DNA from: Chiloscyllium plagiosum
Lineage: Eukaryota
Assembly (NCBI RefSeq): GCF_004010195.1
Contig: NC_057718.1
Span: 60,860,073 to 60,924,072 of the forward strand
Reading direction: 5' to 3'
DNA: 64,000 nt
In this document: one piece after another, positions 12,039 to 26,164 of the stretch
Numbering within the stretch: position 1 is the stretch's first letter
How the letters are laid out: each line of letters begins with the position of its first letter
The notes under the pieces: model-generated
Told to the model about the DNA's origin: nothing
The model's input: the letters and a program-made list of their open reading frames with translations, nothing else
Databases searched by the model: none
Translations under genes and position numbers: made by a program

Positions 12039-12989
12039 AAAATCATGAGTATCACAAATCAAGCAAGTATGGTATGGGTATCTGCTGAGGGAAAAGGAAA
12101 AGGAGTCCGACAAAATTTAGCTTGTTTACTAGCTATGTCACATATGAAGGTATCATGCTTTCAAATCTGTCAATTTATAAACAGAGTTACAAATGCCATT
12201 TTAGTGGAAAGACACAAATAGGCAAACAGTTGTAGTTTCAGGACCTGCTCTTAACCAAGCTTAAAATCATAAGGTCATGAGGAAACACCCTTCGACTTGA
12301 TATGGCAACTAACTCTTGTTGCCCGACAGATACCACCTGACCTGCTGAGACTTCCAGCATTTTCTATGTTTTTGCTTTCAGGTTTTCAGTATTTTGTGCT
12401 ATCTATTCAATTGATCTCTGATTGGTTAAATCCATCCCATGTAAATATCTTTTAACCCTTGGACTACTGAAATAACCTTATCTTCCAAAATCCTCAACTT
12501 TCAAGCCTGTGACAATGCAAGTTGTCCAATACGTACAGGAATTATTTTCTCTATCTTGCGATCATTCTAATGAACCAGAACTACTGATATGGAGAAGGCA
12601 GAATTTTAAAAATACATTGCTTTTGATTTTAGCACTGCTGTGAAACATAGGGGTGAGTTGGACAAGTTGGTGCTTCTGTCTTCACTTCAGGAATGTTAAA
12701 TGGCAAAGATAACAAGGATTATTGCTCCTATGAACTTTTATTTCATTTCTTCTAAGCTCAAATCTCTGTGCCTTTCAAATACTTCTCACTCTGCAATGAT
12801 AAAATGCTTTCATGGATTCCCAATTGATTGCCAAATCTCAAAACTATAGAACCTTGACCTTTTTTGGTTTCTCAATACTTCCAATGGATAGAGTGAGTAT
12901 TTGGGATCATTTCTTATTCCAGTGCTCTTTTATGTTTGAGTTTAATGCTGCATAGGAAAGAAACAGATGGATCACAAATTTGTTGTTGT

Positions 12990-13205
12990 GCTACCATAGT
13001 CTTGCCAGACCATAGGGGCTGCTCTCGTATTAGAGAGAAGCAACTGGTGGTAATTTAACCTGAGGACCACCAGACCTCATGCGAGAGAAGAGGTTAAGAA
13101 GGAGAGTCCTTCATGGTAACCTCAAACCGGTGATGGGAATTGAACCCACACTATTCGTATCACACTGCTCTGGAAACCAGCAATTCAGCTAACTGAGATA
13201 AACCA
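12990..13205 (-). mobile_element. tRNA-derived SINE
   Basis: Reverse-strand B box (GGGAATTGAACCC ~13135-13147) and A-box-like CAGCTAACTGAG ~13186-13197. Confidence 0.6.
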
Positions 13206-13454
13206 ATTCCCCAGATTGCAAATAACCACTTTAGTGCAAAGCAACTTACTTCTCTTGTTGGTTCAGTAAACATAACCAGTGAATAGCCATACACACTAGA
13301 ACTTCGCAGGTTTAATCCAGTTCAGTGCTGAGTTACTTATCTCAGATGAACTTTGGGTGAAATGTTACAGTTGACTTCAGCATCCCTGCTTAGAAAGGGA
13401 AACATAAGTGAACGTTTGCAGTAGATTATTGATGAAACCTCAGTAGTGAAAGTG

Positions 13455-14125
13455 TCCGAGGTCCAACACCTCCAGCTGTTTCATCAACGACCTTTTCTCA
13501 ATTATAAAGTCAGAAATGATGATGACATTCACTGATGCTTTAAGTTCAGCAACATTATCATCATTGAATTTCTTGCTATTGACATGTTGAGTGGTACCAT
13601 TGACCAGAAACTTAGCTGGAATAGTCACATAAATGCGGCTGTGACAAGGCAGGAGCGAGGCTGAGGATTCTGACTTTGTAAAGCCTATCCACTATTTACA
13701 AGCTTCAAATCTGGACGGTGATGAAATACTCACTATTTGCTTGGATGAGTGTTGCTCATCCGACGTCATTGTGGCACTTCCATCATCTACATGTACCATC
13801 AACAAAATGCAACTCACCAAGGAACCTTTGATACCAGCTTCCAAAACTGTGACCTCTATTACCTAGAAGGCCAAAGGTACAGATGCATGGGAAAACCACC
13901 ACCAACAAGTTCTCCTGTAAGCCAGATACAACCCTGACTTAAAACTATTTACTGTTTCTTCAATATCACTGGGTCAAAATATTAAAACTCCCTTCTTAAC
14001 AGCACTGCAGTGCCAATATCAGATGAGAAGCAACAATTAAAAACTGGTTGTCTATTATTTTCTGAAAGGCAATTAGGGTGAATAATAAATGCTGGTCTTA
14101 TCAGTGCCAACCACAGCCTATAGAA
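13455..14125 (+). mobile_element. Older CR1/L2-group LINE fragment (internally deleted RT and 3' tail)
   Basis: GP...SCFINDL-like coding remnant at ~13460; tail GGCAATTAGGG...AATAAATGCTGG ~14068-14095. Confidence 0.6.
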
Positions 14126-14769
14126 GTATAAAAGAGCAGTTACAACTTGCTGATCTTTGCCATGTGAGCCTGGCTGGTCTTAATTGTGAGGCCTCCATTG
14201 AGAAGTAGCATCTCATATTCATTCTAAGGTTTAGACTCGTCACTTGGATCACGTACTGGAGAGAGTCCATAGCTGTGTTCAACTGCATTTCAGAGAGGCA
14301 CTAGAGCTATAGAGTTATGTTTTCCCTTTTTGGGGCTCAAAGAGGATGCTATGCATTGGCAACAAGCAATCCTCATGCCCAATTTTTTCAGAGGAAGAAT
14401 GATACCAGAGCCATTTAAAAATAGTGTTTTACATTTGTTCTGGGACTCATGCCTCAATTCCTTTTGCCTCAGTTTTACCAGTACAGAATAAAGATGTAAA
14501 TAGTGAGCCTGCACATGTTATTCCTACTCCATTTCACTTCTATCCATATGTGGGTAGCATTAGATGAGCAAGCATCTCCTCACTCCTTCAACTGAGATGG
14601 TGTTCAAGCAGCTCCTGGACATTTTTGATAGTTCTTCAGAGATTGGCCAATTCTAAGGGATTTGGACACAATCTTCTCAATTGTTTACAGTCCCAAAGGA
14701 AGCATTACTACCCGCCAATGAAAGCAGATCTGGCATCCACCCTCAATGTATATTGGGACTTGGAGGGAA

Positions 14770-16165
14770 ATTGCAGATTGCATTGTTCCCTTTACGTTCT
14801 ATCCATGCTCTTTGAAATTGAAGTGTTCATGAGTTTGATAGGTAATGTCTAAAGAACCCTGGTGAATTTTTGCATGCATTTCGTGGATGGTACACACAGT
14901 TGCTACTGAGCATCAATGGTGAAGGAAAGGAATGTTTATGGATGTTGGTGTCAATCAAGCGGCTGCTTTGTCCTGGATGGTGTCAAGCTTCTTGAGTGTT
15001 GCTGGAACTGCACTCACCCAGGCAAGAGAGGAGTATCCCACCACGCTCCTGATTTGTGCTTTGTAGCTGGTGGACAGGCTTTGGGGAGTCATAAGGGGAA
15101 TTAGCCGCTGCAGGATTCCTAGCCTCTTACCTAGCCTCTTGTTTTTTATGGCAAGTCCAATTCAATTTCCAGTCAATACTAAGCCCATGATATTGATAGT
15201 GGGGGACTACAGTGGTTAGATTGGCTCTAATTGATAATGATCATAGCCTGGTATTTGTGTGGCATGAATGTTACTTGCCACTTGACAGCTAAAGTTTGGA
15301 TATTGTCCAGTTCCTATTATATTTGTACATGGACTGCTTCAGTACCTGAGCAGACATGAGTGGGGCTGAACATTGCGCAATCATCTACAAACATCTTCAC
15401 TTCTGACCTTATGATGGAGGCAAGGTCATTGATGAAGCAGCTAAAGGTGGTTAAGCCGAGGACACTACCCTGAGGAACTCCTGCGGAGTTGGCTTGGAAT
15501 GGATCTGACTGGTTTTCAATGACCACAAATCATCTTCCTTTGTGCCAAATATGACACCAACTAGTGGACAGTTTTCCTCTTGATTCCCATTGACTCTAGG
15601 TTAGTGAGAGTTCCTTGATGCCTACTTGGTTAAATATGTCCTTGATGGCAAAGTCAGTCACTCTCAACTCACCTCTCGAATTCAGCTCTCTTGTCCATGA
15701 TTGACCAATGTCGTAATGAGGTTAGAGCTGTGTGATCCTGGAGGAACACAAACTGGATGTCAATGAGCTGGTGCCCATTGATTGTACTGTTGATTACGTC
15801 TTCATTTACTTTAGATTGATGGATGGAAATCCGGCAGGTTGGATTTGTCCTTTTGTTGTGTACAGGGAATATCTGGACAATTTTCTACATTGTTTGGTGG
15901 ATACCAGTGTTGTAGCTATACTGGAACAGCTTGGCTTGGGGGCGGCAAGTTCTGTAGCACGAGTCTTCAGAACAATTGTCAGAATTTAGTCAAGTCCCAT
16001 AGTCTTTGCAACATCCAGTGCCTCCAGCTATTCTTGATATTCTGAGGAGTGAATCAAATTGTCTGAAGACTGGTATTGTGGATCTGGGGACCTCTTAAGG
16101 AGACTGAGGTGAATCATCCACAAGGTGCTTCTGGATGAAGATTGGTGCGAAGGCTGTGGCCTTAT
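14770..16165 (-). mobile_element. Older CR1/L2-group LINE RT fragment
   Basis: ORF 15317-15526 GVPQGSVLGLTTFSCFINDL...KMFVDD (RT domains with degenerate FADD). Confidence 0.8.
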
Positions 16166-17163
16166 AGAGTCATAGAAATGTACAGCGCAGAAAGAGACCC
16201 TTCGGGTCAATTCGTCTATGTTACCCAGATATCCCAACCTAATCTAGTCCCATTTGCCTGTACTTGGCCCATATCCCTCCAAACCCTTCCTATTCATATA
16301 CCCATCCAAATGCCTTTCAAATTTTGCAATTGTACCAGCCACCACCACATCCTCTGGCAGCTCATTCCAATACACGTACCACCCATGGCATGAAAACATT
16401 GCCCCTAAGGTCCCTTTTATATCTTTCCCCTCTCACCCTAAACTTATGTCCTCTAGTTCTGGACTCTCCCACCCTAAGGAAAAGACTTTGTCCATTTATC
16501 CTATCTATACCCCTCATGATTTTATAAACCTCTATGAGGTCACCCCTCAGCCTCCGATTCTCCAGGGAAAACAGCCCCAGCCTATTCAGCCTTTCCCTGT
16601 AGCTCAAATCCTCCAGCCCTGGCAACATCCTTGCAAATCTTTACTGAACCCTTTCAAGTTTCACAACATCCTTCCGATAGGAAGGAGGCCAGGATTGCAC
16701 ATAATATTCCAAAAGTGGTCTAATCAATATCCTGTACAGCCACAATGTGACCTCGTAATTCCTGTACTCAATATTCTGACTCAAAAAAGGAAAGCATACC
16801 AAACGCCTTCTTCACTATCCTATCTACCTGTGACTCTACTTTCAAGGAGCTACGAGCCTGCACTCCAAGGTCTCTTTGTTTAGCAACACTCCCTAGGACA
16901 CTACCATTAAGTGTATAAGTCCTGTTTGATTTGCTTTCCCAAAATGCAATACATCACATTTATCTAAATTAAACTCCATCTGCCACTCTTCAGTCCATTG
17001 GCCCAACTGATCAAGAACCCGTTGTACCCTGAGGTAACCTTCTTCGCTGTCCACTACAGCTCCAATTTTGGTGTCATCTGCAAACTTACTAACTTGTACC
17101 ACTTATGTTCACATCCAAATCATTTATATAAATAACAAAAGTGGTGGACCCAGCACAGATCCT
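16166..17163 (-). mobile_element. CR1 LINE (HER1-like), 5'-truncated ~1 kb copy
   Basis: ORFs VSKFADDTKIG...W...WQMEFN and MLPGLEDLSYRERLNRLGLFSLE.RRLRGDLIEVYKIM; 3' end TAGAGTCATAGA on + strand. Confidence 0.92.
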
Positions 17164-17357
17164 CTTTTTTTAAAAGCAATTTTCTGTGAATAATTTTTAT
17201 AGAGGTAATAAATGCATGCTTATTTCTCTATTGTTGGCTCCAAAATCTTCTTCCAGACAAGTGAGAAACCTTATTCAGCAAATAGCTGAGAAGAGGAGAG
17301 GATGCCTCCCAATAACTATTTTGTTGCAGTTTTGTGTTTGCCACTTCATTTAAAGCC

Positions 17358-17714
17358 GTGACGTGGAGGAGCCGAGGTTGGACTGGGTTAATGTAAAGTT
17401 TTATTTAAAAAGACGTGGCATCTCAGCTCAGACAATGCATTAAATGTACAGGGTTAGAGTCTGTACGTATTCCAATTTTGAGTCAGGCTGTTAGTTACAT
17501 AGTAATGAATAGAAACCTGCAACTCATTCCAAAACATGAAAAACCTAACGCTAATCTCAGTTTTTTCAATATCTCACATCAGTGTATGAAGCTGTGATCT
17601 TTTGCTATAAATTCTGCGTCCTATAATCCTACTCCACTAGTTAACTGACGAAGGAGCAGCGCTCCAAAAGCTTGTACTTCCAAATAAACCTGTTGGACTG
17701 TTGTGTGATTTTTA
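17358..17714. mobile_element. PLE family-B end with short inverted 5' segment, 10-bp TSD and degenerate HHR (17645-17675)
   Basis: TSD ATTTAAAGCC 17348-17357 and 17715-17724; 17360-17400 is antisense to the 11995-12033 tail; HHR CTGACGA A GGAGC AGC GCTCC AAAA (G12 to A). Confidence 0.72.
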
Positions 17715-19089
17715 ATTTAAAGCCATCATTTTCATGTCTTTTAGACAATGTACTTGTTCATTTTAGGTCAAGTCAATCAATTCAAAATACATTATATTGG
17801 CCAATGACTTAAGTCTGTCTCATTCTTGATTATAAGGTTGCTTGAGTTAAATATAAAGTTCAAAAAAGATGACTTATTGAAACAAAATTTTGCACATGGA
17901 AAAAAATTGAAAGGGGAAGGAGAGGGTTAACATTTGTAAAGCCCTTATTTCTCTGTTGGTTTGTTATGTATATATTTTTTAATGTATCTGGGTTTTAATG
18001 ATTCAAATGCATATCTTGTGATCTTCCAGTTGCCATAAGTGAAGTTTGAATCAAAAATGTGAATCCATATGAAATCGCATTATGCATTATGAATTCTTAA
18101 AGATTTTGAGAATTTCAGTCCAGAGACTAACAAACATGCTCTCAATTTAAATCATTTCACAAAGCTAGGATGCAGCACGATTTCAAGGAATTTCTGAATC
18201 TCTGCTTTAATATGCATTCTGATTTTTGCAACAAAAGCAATCCTTTAACTTCACTGAAAACAGAACAAATTTCAAAAGAACAACTATAAACTATTAATGC
18301 TCAAGGACCAAATAGTAACATTAAATCTTTTTCTCTTCACAAAAGCTGACATTTGCATTCTCAAAGACCTATTGCATTTCTTAGTTATGCCTGTCAAAGG
18401 TTGAAAGGGCAGGTAATTACAATTTATGAATACATTTTTGACACATTGAGCTCTGTAAATGGGAATTTTATGCACTGAGGCTGTCTATTGTCAGGAAACA
18501 CAATTAACTCAAGTTTTTGCATGTTTCAATTCTTGTACAGTTTTGTTCTGTTCATAATAGGTCACAGATGTGCTGAAAGTATTTTACTGATGGAACCTCT
18601 CATCCTCCCTTACATCTAAGAAAATAAAATCATAACTTTGTATTTTTAACTCCGTAGCTACTAAATAAAATTTGAAGCTGGTAGCAGTTAAATGTTTCCC
18701 ATTGCATGACATATCTAACAGATGTAGCTGAATAATGTAGTGGTAGAATAAAAATAATGTCAAAGACAGTGATAATTTCTTTATTACAACAGAATCTTAT
18801 TATCATACTCAGCCTGACAGTCAGAATTAGATTATTAAAAAACTGGTAAAGTTTCATTTAAAATCTATCTTTGTGTCTAGAAGTCATCATTTGAAAAATG
18901 GCATTAAAAAATAGCTTTTATCTTTTTTAAGGAATTTTATAGAGCAACATACAGGTGTTCTGTTACGTATAGAGTCTGCTACATTATTGGCCCAGGTTAC
19001 TTCAAGGTACATTATGGCAAGTCTGCCATTTTTGCCACTGAACTACTTATAGCAACAGACCAAATCTGCCTAGCTACCACATACTGAGG

Positions 19090-19210
19090 ACCCAGGTAAC
19101 ATTTTGGAGACCAGGGTTTGAATCCTGTAATGGCGGATGGTGGAATTTACATTCAGTATAAATCAGGCTTTAAGGGTCTAATGTTGACCATGAAACCGTT
19201 GTTGATTGTT
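19090..19210 (+). mobile_element. tRNA-derived SINE fragment
   Basis: B-box-like GGTTTGAATCC and body related to 40915-41170. Confidence 0.45.
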
Positions 19211-20089
19211 CCTACTCCACCCCTTCAGAAATGGAAATTACTGTGATCAGTGACAGGATTTACAATTTTTAGTCACATCTGCCATTTTAAATACAACAGA
19301 CAGGCTCATTGCTGTGTTGACAATCCAGGTCATAATGTGCTGTTTTGTTTGGGCACTACTCAAGGTACAGTGTGAGCATTTGTGACAAAGAATGAAAGAA
19401 AGATTTATTATATTCTGGAACTAGGAATATTTGTTTGAACAAAGATGTTTTTGGTAACATTCTCCCACCCATTTAGGTCCCAACTATTTTTACGCACTGC
19501 CTTCCTTTTGACTTCAGTTTGTTTTACTATCGTGAAGGGTGATGTGTATTGGGATCCCTATATACTTACTAACCACTTACCAATCATACTGATGAGTGGA
19601 GATACAAACTTTGAGTTTTTCTTATCAAAGCTCATAATACAACACACAAGTTACAGGAGAGTCCTACATGTACAAGAATCAACACAATTCCTACATACTG
19701 AATGACATTGCTTTCTGTATTGATGATACAAACTCATTCTTGGCATCTTCAAGTTAAAACAATATCACTAAAATGGTTCATATTGTACGTTGAATTAGAA
19801 CATGTAATAATTATTATCTTGGATGTTTAGTTAGCAATACATTGGGCTGACGTGGAAATTTGAGGTGTCCATACTAAATTTTGACGATGTTGTGCAGAGG
19901 CTGCAATCTGCCAGGACTTGATACTTCCTTATGTGGATGGAGAAAAGGTCCTGAGATAGAACAACTTGAACAGAATTTGCTGAGAAATGGCAGGACTCAG
20001 CACTATTTGATTAATATTTTTAAATAAGGCAAATAAAAGGCAACATCTTCAAAATGATCCAAGTTTAATGAAGTATTGGAAAAACAGAA

Positions 20090-20300
20090 AGAAATGCATT
20101 CATCGAGCTCCTCTACTGACCTCAGGATTGCCTGAGGTGTTCTATAACAAATTAAGGAAGTCTGAAGTGCAGGCACTTTGAAACATAAGCAATGCATCAG
20201 CCAATTTGCACACAGGAATCCATAGAAACAGTAAAGTGATAATGACCAGATCATCAGTTTGTGATAATGATTGAGGAATAAGTATTGGCTTGGAACTTGC
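20090..20300 (-). mobile_element. DeuSINE (SacSINE1/AmnSINE1-type Deu domain) fragment
   Basis: CAGCCAATTTGCACACAG...AAACAG..AAGTGATAATGACCAGATCATC matches my recollection of the Deu domain; related copy at 25985-26155. Confidence 0.6.
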
Positions 20301-23300
20301 AAATAGCTTAGGTGAATGGGTAGTCAGGTTGAAAGATGGAGTTGTTGATTTAGGATGTAAAGGTTACTTAGGATGAGGATTTTGTATATCCAGGACAAAG
20401 GGTAGGGATAGTCAAGGTTGAGGAGGGGATAGTTGGGTCCTGCTGTATTACAGGAGTGCATTGGCTAGTTAGGTCAGAGAGAGGTTGTGAGATTGGTAAT
20501 CATGTTGAAGTATGAGGATGTGATCTAGAGACTGATTACAAGTGTCAAACACTGAGTTGCACCATGGATTAACCAATGTAATAATTCGAGGGGAAATATC
20601 CAGGTAAATTACTGCATGTAAATACCAGTTGTGAAATTGACATCAATGAAAGAGAAACTCAGAGAGGGATCTAAAGAAGCACAAAAAGGCATGGTTTTAA
20701 CCTCCGTGACAATTTTAATTCATTTGTGTGTCCTGGACATCCACAAAGTCCCAAAATGCCTCAACTTTCAGTGTCCCATCACTGCTCCCAATGCCAGACA
20801 AACTAACTCACTATTTCATTGCTGTTGCCTTGTCCTCATGAGTAATGTGCACACCTCCCAAGTAACTGAACATTTGTTAGAACAGTATTATTTTTGGTCA
20901 AACCTTTTACAAGTGATCTTTAAACCACACAGATCTCATCCAAATCAAACAGCATTTTTAGTCTGTCATAAAATTGAGAGCAATTCTGTGGGATTTATTT
21001 AGTGTGAATTTTGCCAATTAGGTAATCGATTTTAAATGAAAATGTTCAAAATGCCAATGCAAAGTTTTTGAGTTTGCATATGAGATGGTCTTTAATGTCT
21101 CATTGGGCAAATGGAGTGTTATAGAGTCAGCGGATGAGATTGTGAGCTCACTTGTCCAACTAGCATTGGCAATGGTTCTTTAACAGTGATGAAGGGAATG
21201 GCTTATTGTCATTATGCCTATCATCATGATGGCTGCAGGATATTTTCTAAAGGCTTATCACTGGATAATCTCGGCCAAGCAAAACACAGATTTAAATTCT
21301 ACTGCAGCTTGATGAGGTGACATAGGAACCATTTGTCATTTTATGACAACATTCGGGCAGAGTAAGCAGAGTATCTCTTATTCAAATCCAATGTCTGCTT
21401 GGATTTGAATAAAAGATGGACTTGAGCTTGAAGGGAAATTTTATTGCATTTTTGTGAGGTCACTAAGAGTGCAAATTTTCCTCCAGGGTTCATAAAAGCT
21501 GCCTGAATTACTGGCGACTGTCACTGTGATATCCCCTTCATTCCTCCTCGAATACTCATCAAGATTGAGTACCACCACCTTGCACCAAAGTTCTTTACTC
21601 AGCTCTAAATGTCAGTTAGATTACTCAATATTGGAATGGTTTGGAGACAGAGTGCAGTCTTGGAGCAGTGTTGGACACATACAGTTCTCCGGTAAATGCT
21701 ATTTAGGCATGACCTTCAAAATGCACCTGGTTCCCCTCTGGAACTATTGGAGGATCAATAGCTATATGCTGCCCGATTGACTGCCTAAGGGCTGCACCAG
21801 AAATAAACATCCCATCCTCAGTCTAAGAAGGGCTTGGTTCTATCTGTGGTGCCTCGTGGTTTAGCTGATCTCAATATGGCCAAATCTGGGTGACCTTGAG
21901 GCAAATGAAATGAATTGAGTAATGAACCAACTGCTAAAGTGTGATTTCCTCTATCTGATGAAGTGAGTGATGCTCCCATTACAATTAACACATTAGAGAA
22001 ATCTTGCATCTTGAAACAGACATGAATAACTATCTGAAGGAGTAAAAGCCTTATGGAACTTTCTGGGCAAGTTTTAGGTTCCATTGGAAGTTGATGCCTA
22101 GCAGCCAATATTGACATTGGTAGCTAATGACTCACAGTTCTTTACTATAGTGAGATGCCCAGCTTTATGTTCATTAATAAAAGTCCAAATTAAAAAATAA
22201 CAAATAACTGCAAGGAGGTATCTACTTTGTGTTGGTATCAATGGTACTAGTCAAAATGAATGATTTGAAATTAAATTGAATTTCATGTGGGCATGTTGCT
22301 ATGTAGGGAATGTGACAAGCAAACTCTGGTGTATTTGCTTCCAGGCTCCCACCGTTATGGGGTTGGAGGAGATAGGAGATAGTGGTCACGCTTTCAAACT
22401 CACTCAGTGTCTGATTGAATGGTTGAATTTAGAAAGAGGGCAGGAGCCCACAGCGACCTACCCTGTGTCCTTGCTGTCACCATCATTCCCACCTCCACAT
22501 TCCCCTATCTAAGGTCCCCTTCCCACCATGTGACTGAGCCCACCATCGATCTCAAGCCTTGGTATGAGGTAGTACTGGCAACAGCAAACCCCTCTCCAAT
22601 GGCACTGTTGGGTATGAAAGAACTACCAGTCTCTGATTGATCAGCAGCTCTAGGTGGGCAAGACTTCCACCCCCCAGGCCCTTGATTCCAGGGAAGGCCT
22701 GCTGCTGGCCTGTCAAGTGCCTGAGTGGCAAAGAGGTCATGGATTTTCTTGAAAAGAGCCAACATTGGACTCTCAGGGAGACCTCTGCACAAGATTCTGC
22801 CTATTGTGTATATAGGATGATTTTATGGTTGAACCTTGTAAACTGTTTGCCCTGGAAAGCGCAGTTGGTTCTTTAGGAACTGGTGGATCTCAATATTGGG
22901 GCCATCAAACTCTATCCTTCATCTGGAAGAATGACTAGAAAAAGTGAAAGAAGTAGTAATAGATAAGGGAGGATGGAAATCTGGGCAGGATCTTACTGTT
23001 GTTTGCTCCAGCAATTGAGTTTGTAATTGGTTGGCACCTATTAATATTCTTGAATAGTCAACTTTGCAGAATGAATGGGAGTGTGTTTCTTGAGTAAGAG
23101 TGGCCAGATGTCATTGATGCAAAGGCTGCTGTTTGAAGGGAAATCTCCAGTATTAAGTCTAACACAGGAGTGTGCGAAGAATTCTTTAATCATGGTATTG
23201 ATCATTCATCAACAGTCTTTCATGAGTGTACAGTGGACATTCAGCAAATCAAATCTTTTGAGCATGCGGTAGCTTCCTAGAGAATATTGTACTGATATCG

Positions 23301-23822
23301 CATGGCATTGTCACAGGTGCGAATTGCTGGTATTCGTCATGTTGCTTGTCACGTGCTGTTGTCAAGTGATTTTCAGTATTGGCACCTGTTGCCAAGCTGC
23401 AGTGATCATTGATTGTTATGGTAGCCCATGCTCGCCCAGAGGTGATGGTACAATTACCCACAGTCACAAGGTAGTGTCTCTTGAGTGTTGACATTGATGT
23501 TTAGTGCCATCATGTCACACTTGCAAGCATCATTGAAATGGAGGTTTGGGGGTCCTATGGGTTCTGTGGCTCAAAAGACCTCTCTATGTAGAGAATCTTC
23601 AGGAAAACATCTGCATTCCATCCAGTGAACATGCCAAAGTAATGAGCGCACCTCTACTCGATGCATATCCACGTCACTGGGAGGCTTGTCTTTGAAAGTT
23701 CTTCCAAATTCAAGATTAGTGCTCCCATGAGATACCAAGAATTAACAGCAAATGGAGAAGATAGAAAATTAAATGCATGGGTGATAGGAGTAAGTCACTT
23801 GGCCCTACAGGCCTGCACTGCA

Positions 23823-25316
23823 GTTCAATATGATCATGGCTGTTCAGGTGCTCAGTATGATCATGGCTGCTCAGGTGCTCAGTATGATCATGGTTGCTCA
23901 GGTGTTCAGTATGATCACGACTGCTCAGGTGTTCAATATGATCATGGCTGCTCAGGTGTTCGGTTGTCATGGTTGCTCAGGTGCTCAGTATGATCATGGC
24001 TGCTCAGGTGCTCAGTGTAATCATGGTTGCTCAGGTGTTCAGTGTGATCACGACTGCTCAGGTGTTCAGTATGATCATGGTTGCTCAGGTGTTCAGTGTG
24101 ATCATGGCTGCTCAGGTGCTCAGTATGATCATGGCTGCTCAGGTGTTCAGTTGTCATGGCTGCTCAGGTGTTCAGTATGATCATGGCTGCTCAGGTGTTA
24201 AGTTGTCATGGTTGCTCAGGTGTTCAGTGTGATCATGGCTGCTCAGGTGTTCAGTTGTCATGGCTGCTCAGGTATTCAGTATGATCATGGCTGCTCAGGT
24301 GTTCAGTATGATCATGGTTGCTCAGATGTTCAGTTGTCATGGTTGCTCAGGTATTCAGTGTGATCATGGCTGCTCAGGTGTTCAGTTGTCATGGCTGCTC
24401 AGATGTTCAATATGATCATGGCTGCTCAGGTTTTCGGTTGTCATGGTTGCTCAGGTGCTCAGTATGATCATGGCTGCTCAGGTGCTCAGTGTAATCATGG
24501 TTGCTCAGGTGTTCAGTGTGATCACGACTGCTCAGCTGTTCAGTTGTCATGGCTGCTCAGGTGTTCAGTGTGATCATGGTTGCTCAGGTGTTCAGTGTGA
24601 TCACGACTGCTCAGGTGTTCAGTGTGATCATGGTTGCTCAGGTGTTCAGTGTGATCACGGCTGCTCAGGTGCTCAGTATGATCATGGCTGCTCAGGTGTT
24701 CAGTTGTCATGGCTGCTCAGGTGTTCAGTATGATCATGGCTGCTCAGGTGTTCAGTTGTCATGGTTGCTCAGGTGTTCAGTGTGATCATGGCTGCTCAGG
24801 TGTTCAGTATGATCATGGTTGCTCAGGTGTTCAGTTGTCATGGTTGCTCAGGTGTTCAGTTGTCATGGTTGCTCAGGTGTTCAGGATGATCATGGCTGCT
24901 CAGGTGTTCAGTTGTCATGGTTGCTCAGGTATTCAGTGTGATCATGGCTGCTCAGGTGTTCAGTTGTCATGGCTGCTCAGATGTTCAGTATGATCATGGC
25001 TGCTCAGGTGTTCAGTTGTCATGGTTGCTCAAGTGTTCAGTATGATCACGACTGCTCAGGTGCTCAGTGTAATCATGGTTGCTCAGGTGTTCAGTATGAT
25101 CATGACTGCTCAGGTGTTCAGCATGATTATGGCTGCTCAGGTGCTCAGTTGTCATGGTTGCTCAGGTGTTCAGTATGATCATGGCTGCTCAGGTGTTCAG
25201 TATGATCATGGCTGCTCAGGTGTTCAGCTGTCATGGTTGCTCAGGTGTTCAGTGTGATCATGGCTGCTCAGGTGTTCAGTTGTCATGGCTGCTCAGGTAT
25301 TCAGTTGTCATGGCTG
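23823..25316. repeat. Minisatellite of interspersed 27-bp (CAGTATGATCATGGCTGCTCAGGTGTT) and 25-bp (CAGTTGTCATGGTTGCTCAGGTGTT) units, roughly 57 copies
   Basis: Direct tandem repetition with no unique spacers; copy number estimated from length. Confidence 0.97.
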
Positions 25317-26164
25317 AAAATTGGTTTAGCTTTCTTTATCGATAGCTGTACACAAAAAAAATCAATTGTTGGAGGGGCTATCCTCCAGAGAAATGAGATT
25401 AGAATGGATAATAGCGGAGTTATCACCAGCATATGTTTGATGGGATGAATGGCCAGAATCCTTCTGAATTGAAATTTCTATGATTCTATGATAATGTTTG
25501 GGGATTCTGGAAAAATAAAATTCAGTTGCTAATCATGAGGGCAAGTGATGTGGTACAGTGTGAGTCAAGATCCAGCAACAATTCCTGCAAATTACTATAC
25601 TTACCACAAGTAGTGCAATTTGATGCCGGAGTACCATAATTTTGCATAAAAATTCTAAGACTAAGTGACAGTGCATGGTTCTGAGTGAGCATGGCTGATA
25701 AACAATTCACTTGTTACAATCAATCGCTCACTTGAATCATAATTCCTTTTTTAGATATAACCTAGAATTCAAAAGAAAATACAAAATAGAAATGGTAAAA
25801 GAGTTTACTGTCAATCAGATTTAGCATATGGAACTAAACTGGCCCAAAGCTCCCACCGAAAATATGTTAAAGTACAAAAGTTTGAAATACATGCTGTCAC
25901 AGTGTTGACATCCCAAAATTTGAGGAGGACATTTTCTAAACAGTGTAGTTCATTCAAAGCTAAAGCACAATATATTATTTAATGCTGCATTTGTATAGTG
26001 CTTTACATGACTTCACGACATCTCAAAATGTTTTACAACCAATGAAGTACTTTTGAAGTCAGCATTTTAATGTGCAAACAGCCACATGATAGTGACCAGA
26101 CAAGCTGTCCTTTGTGATTTTGATTGACGAATAAATATCAATCAAGACACCAGAAATAAAAAAA

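Noticed and set aside
12270..12400. Additional functional hammerhead
   Set aside because: A PLE-like tail is present but the core is too degraded to call.
16254..16883. 209-aa plus-strand ORF
   Set aside because: Antisense frame of the CR1 RT C-terminus; the same shadow ORF recurs at 49242-49514.
23823..25316. CRISPR array, or repetitive Cys/His-rich protein (HGCSGVQYD repeats)
   Set aside because: No unique spacers, no cas genes, eukaryotic context; the 25-bp units keep shifting the frame, so the ORFs are by-products of the repeat.
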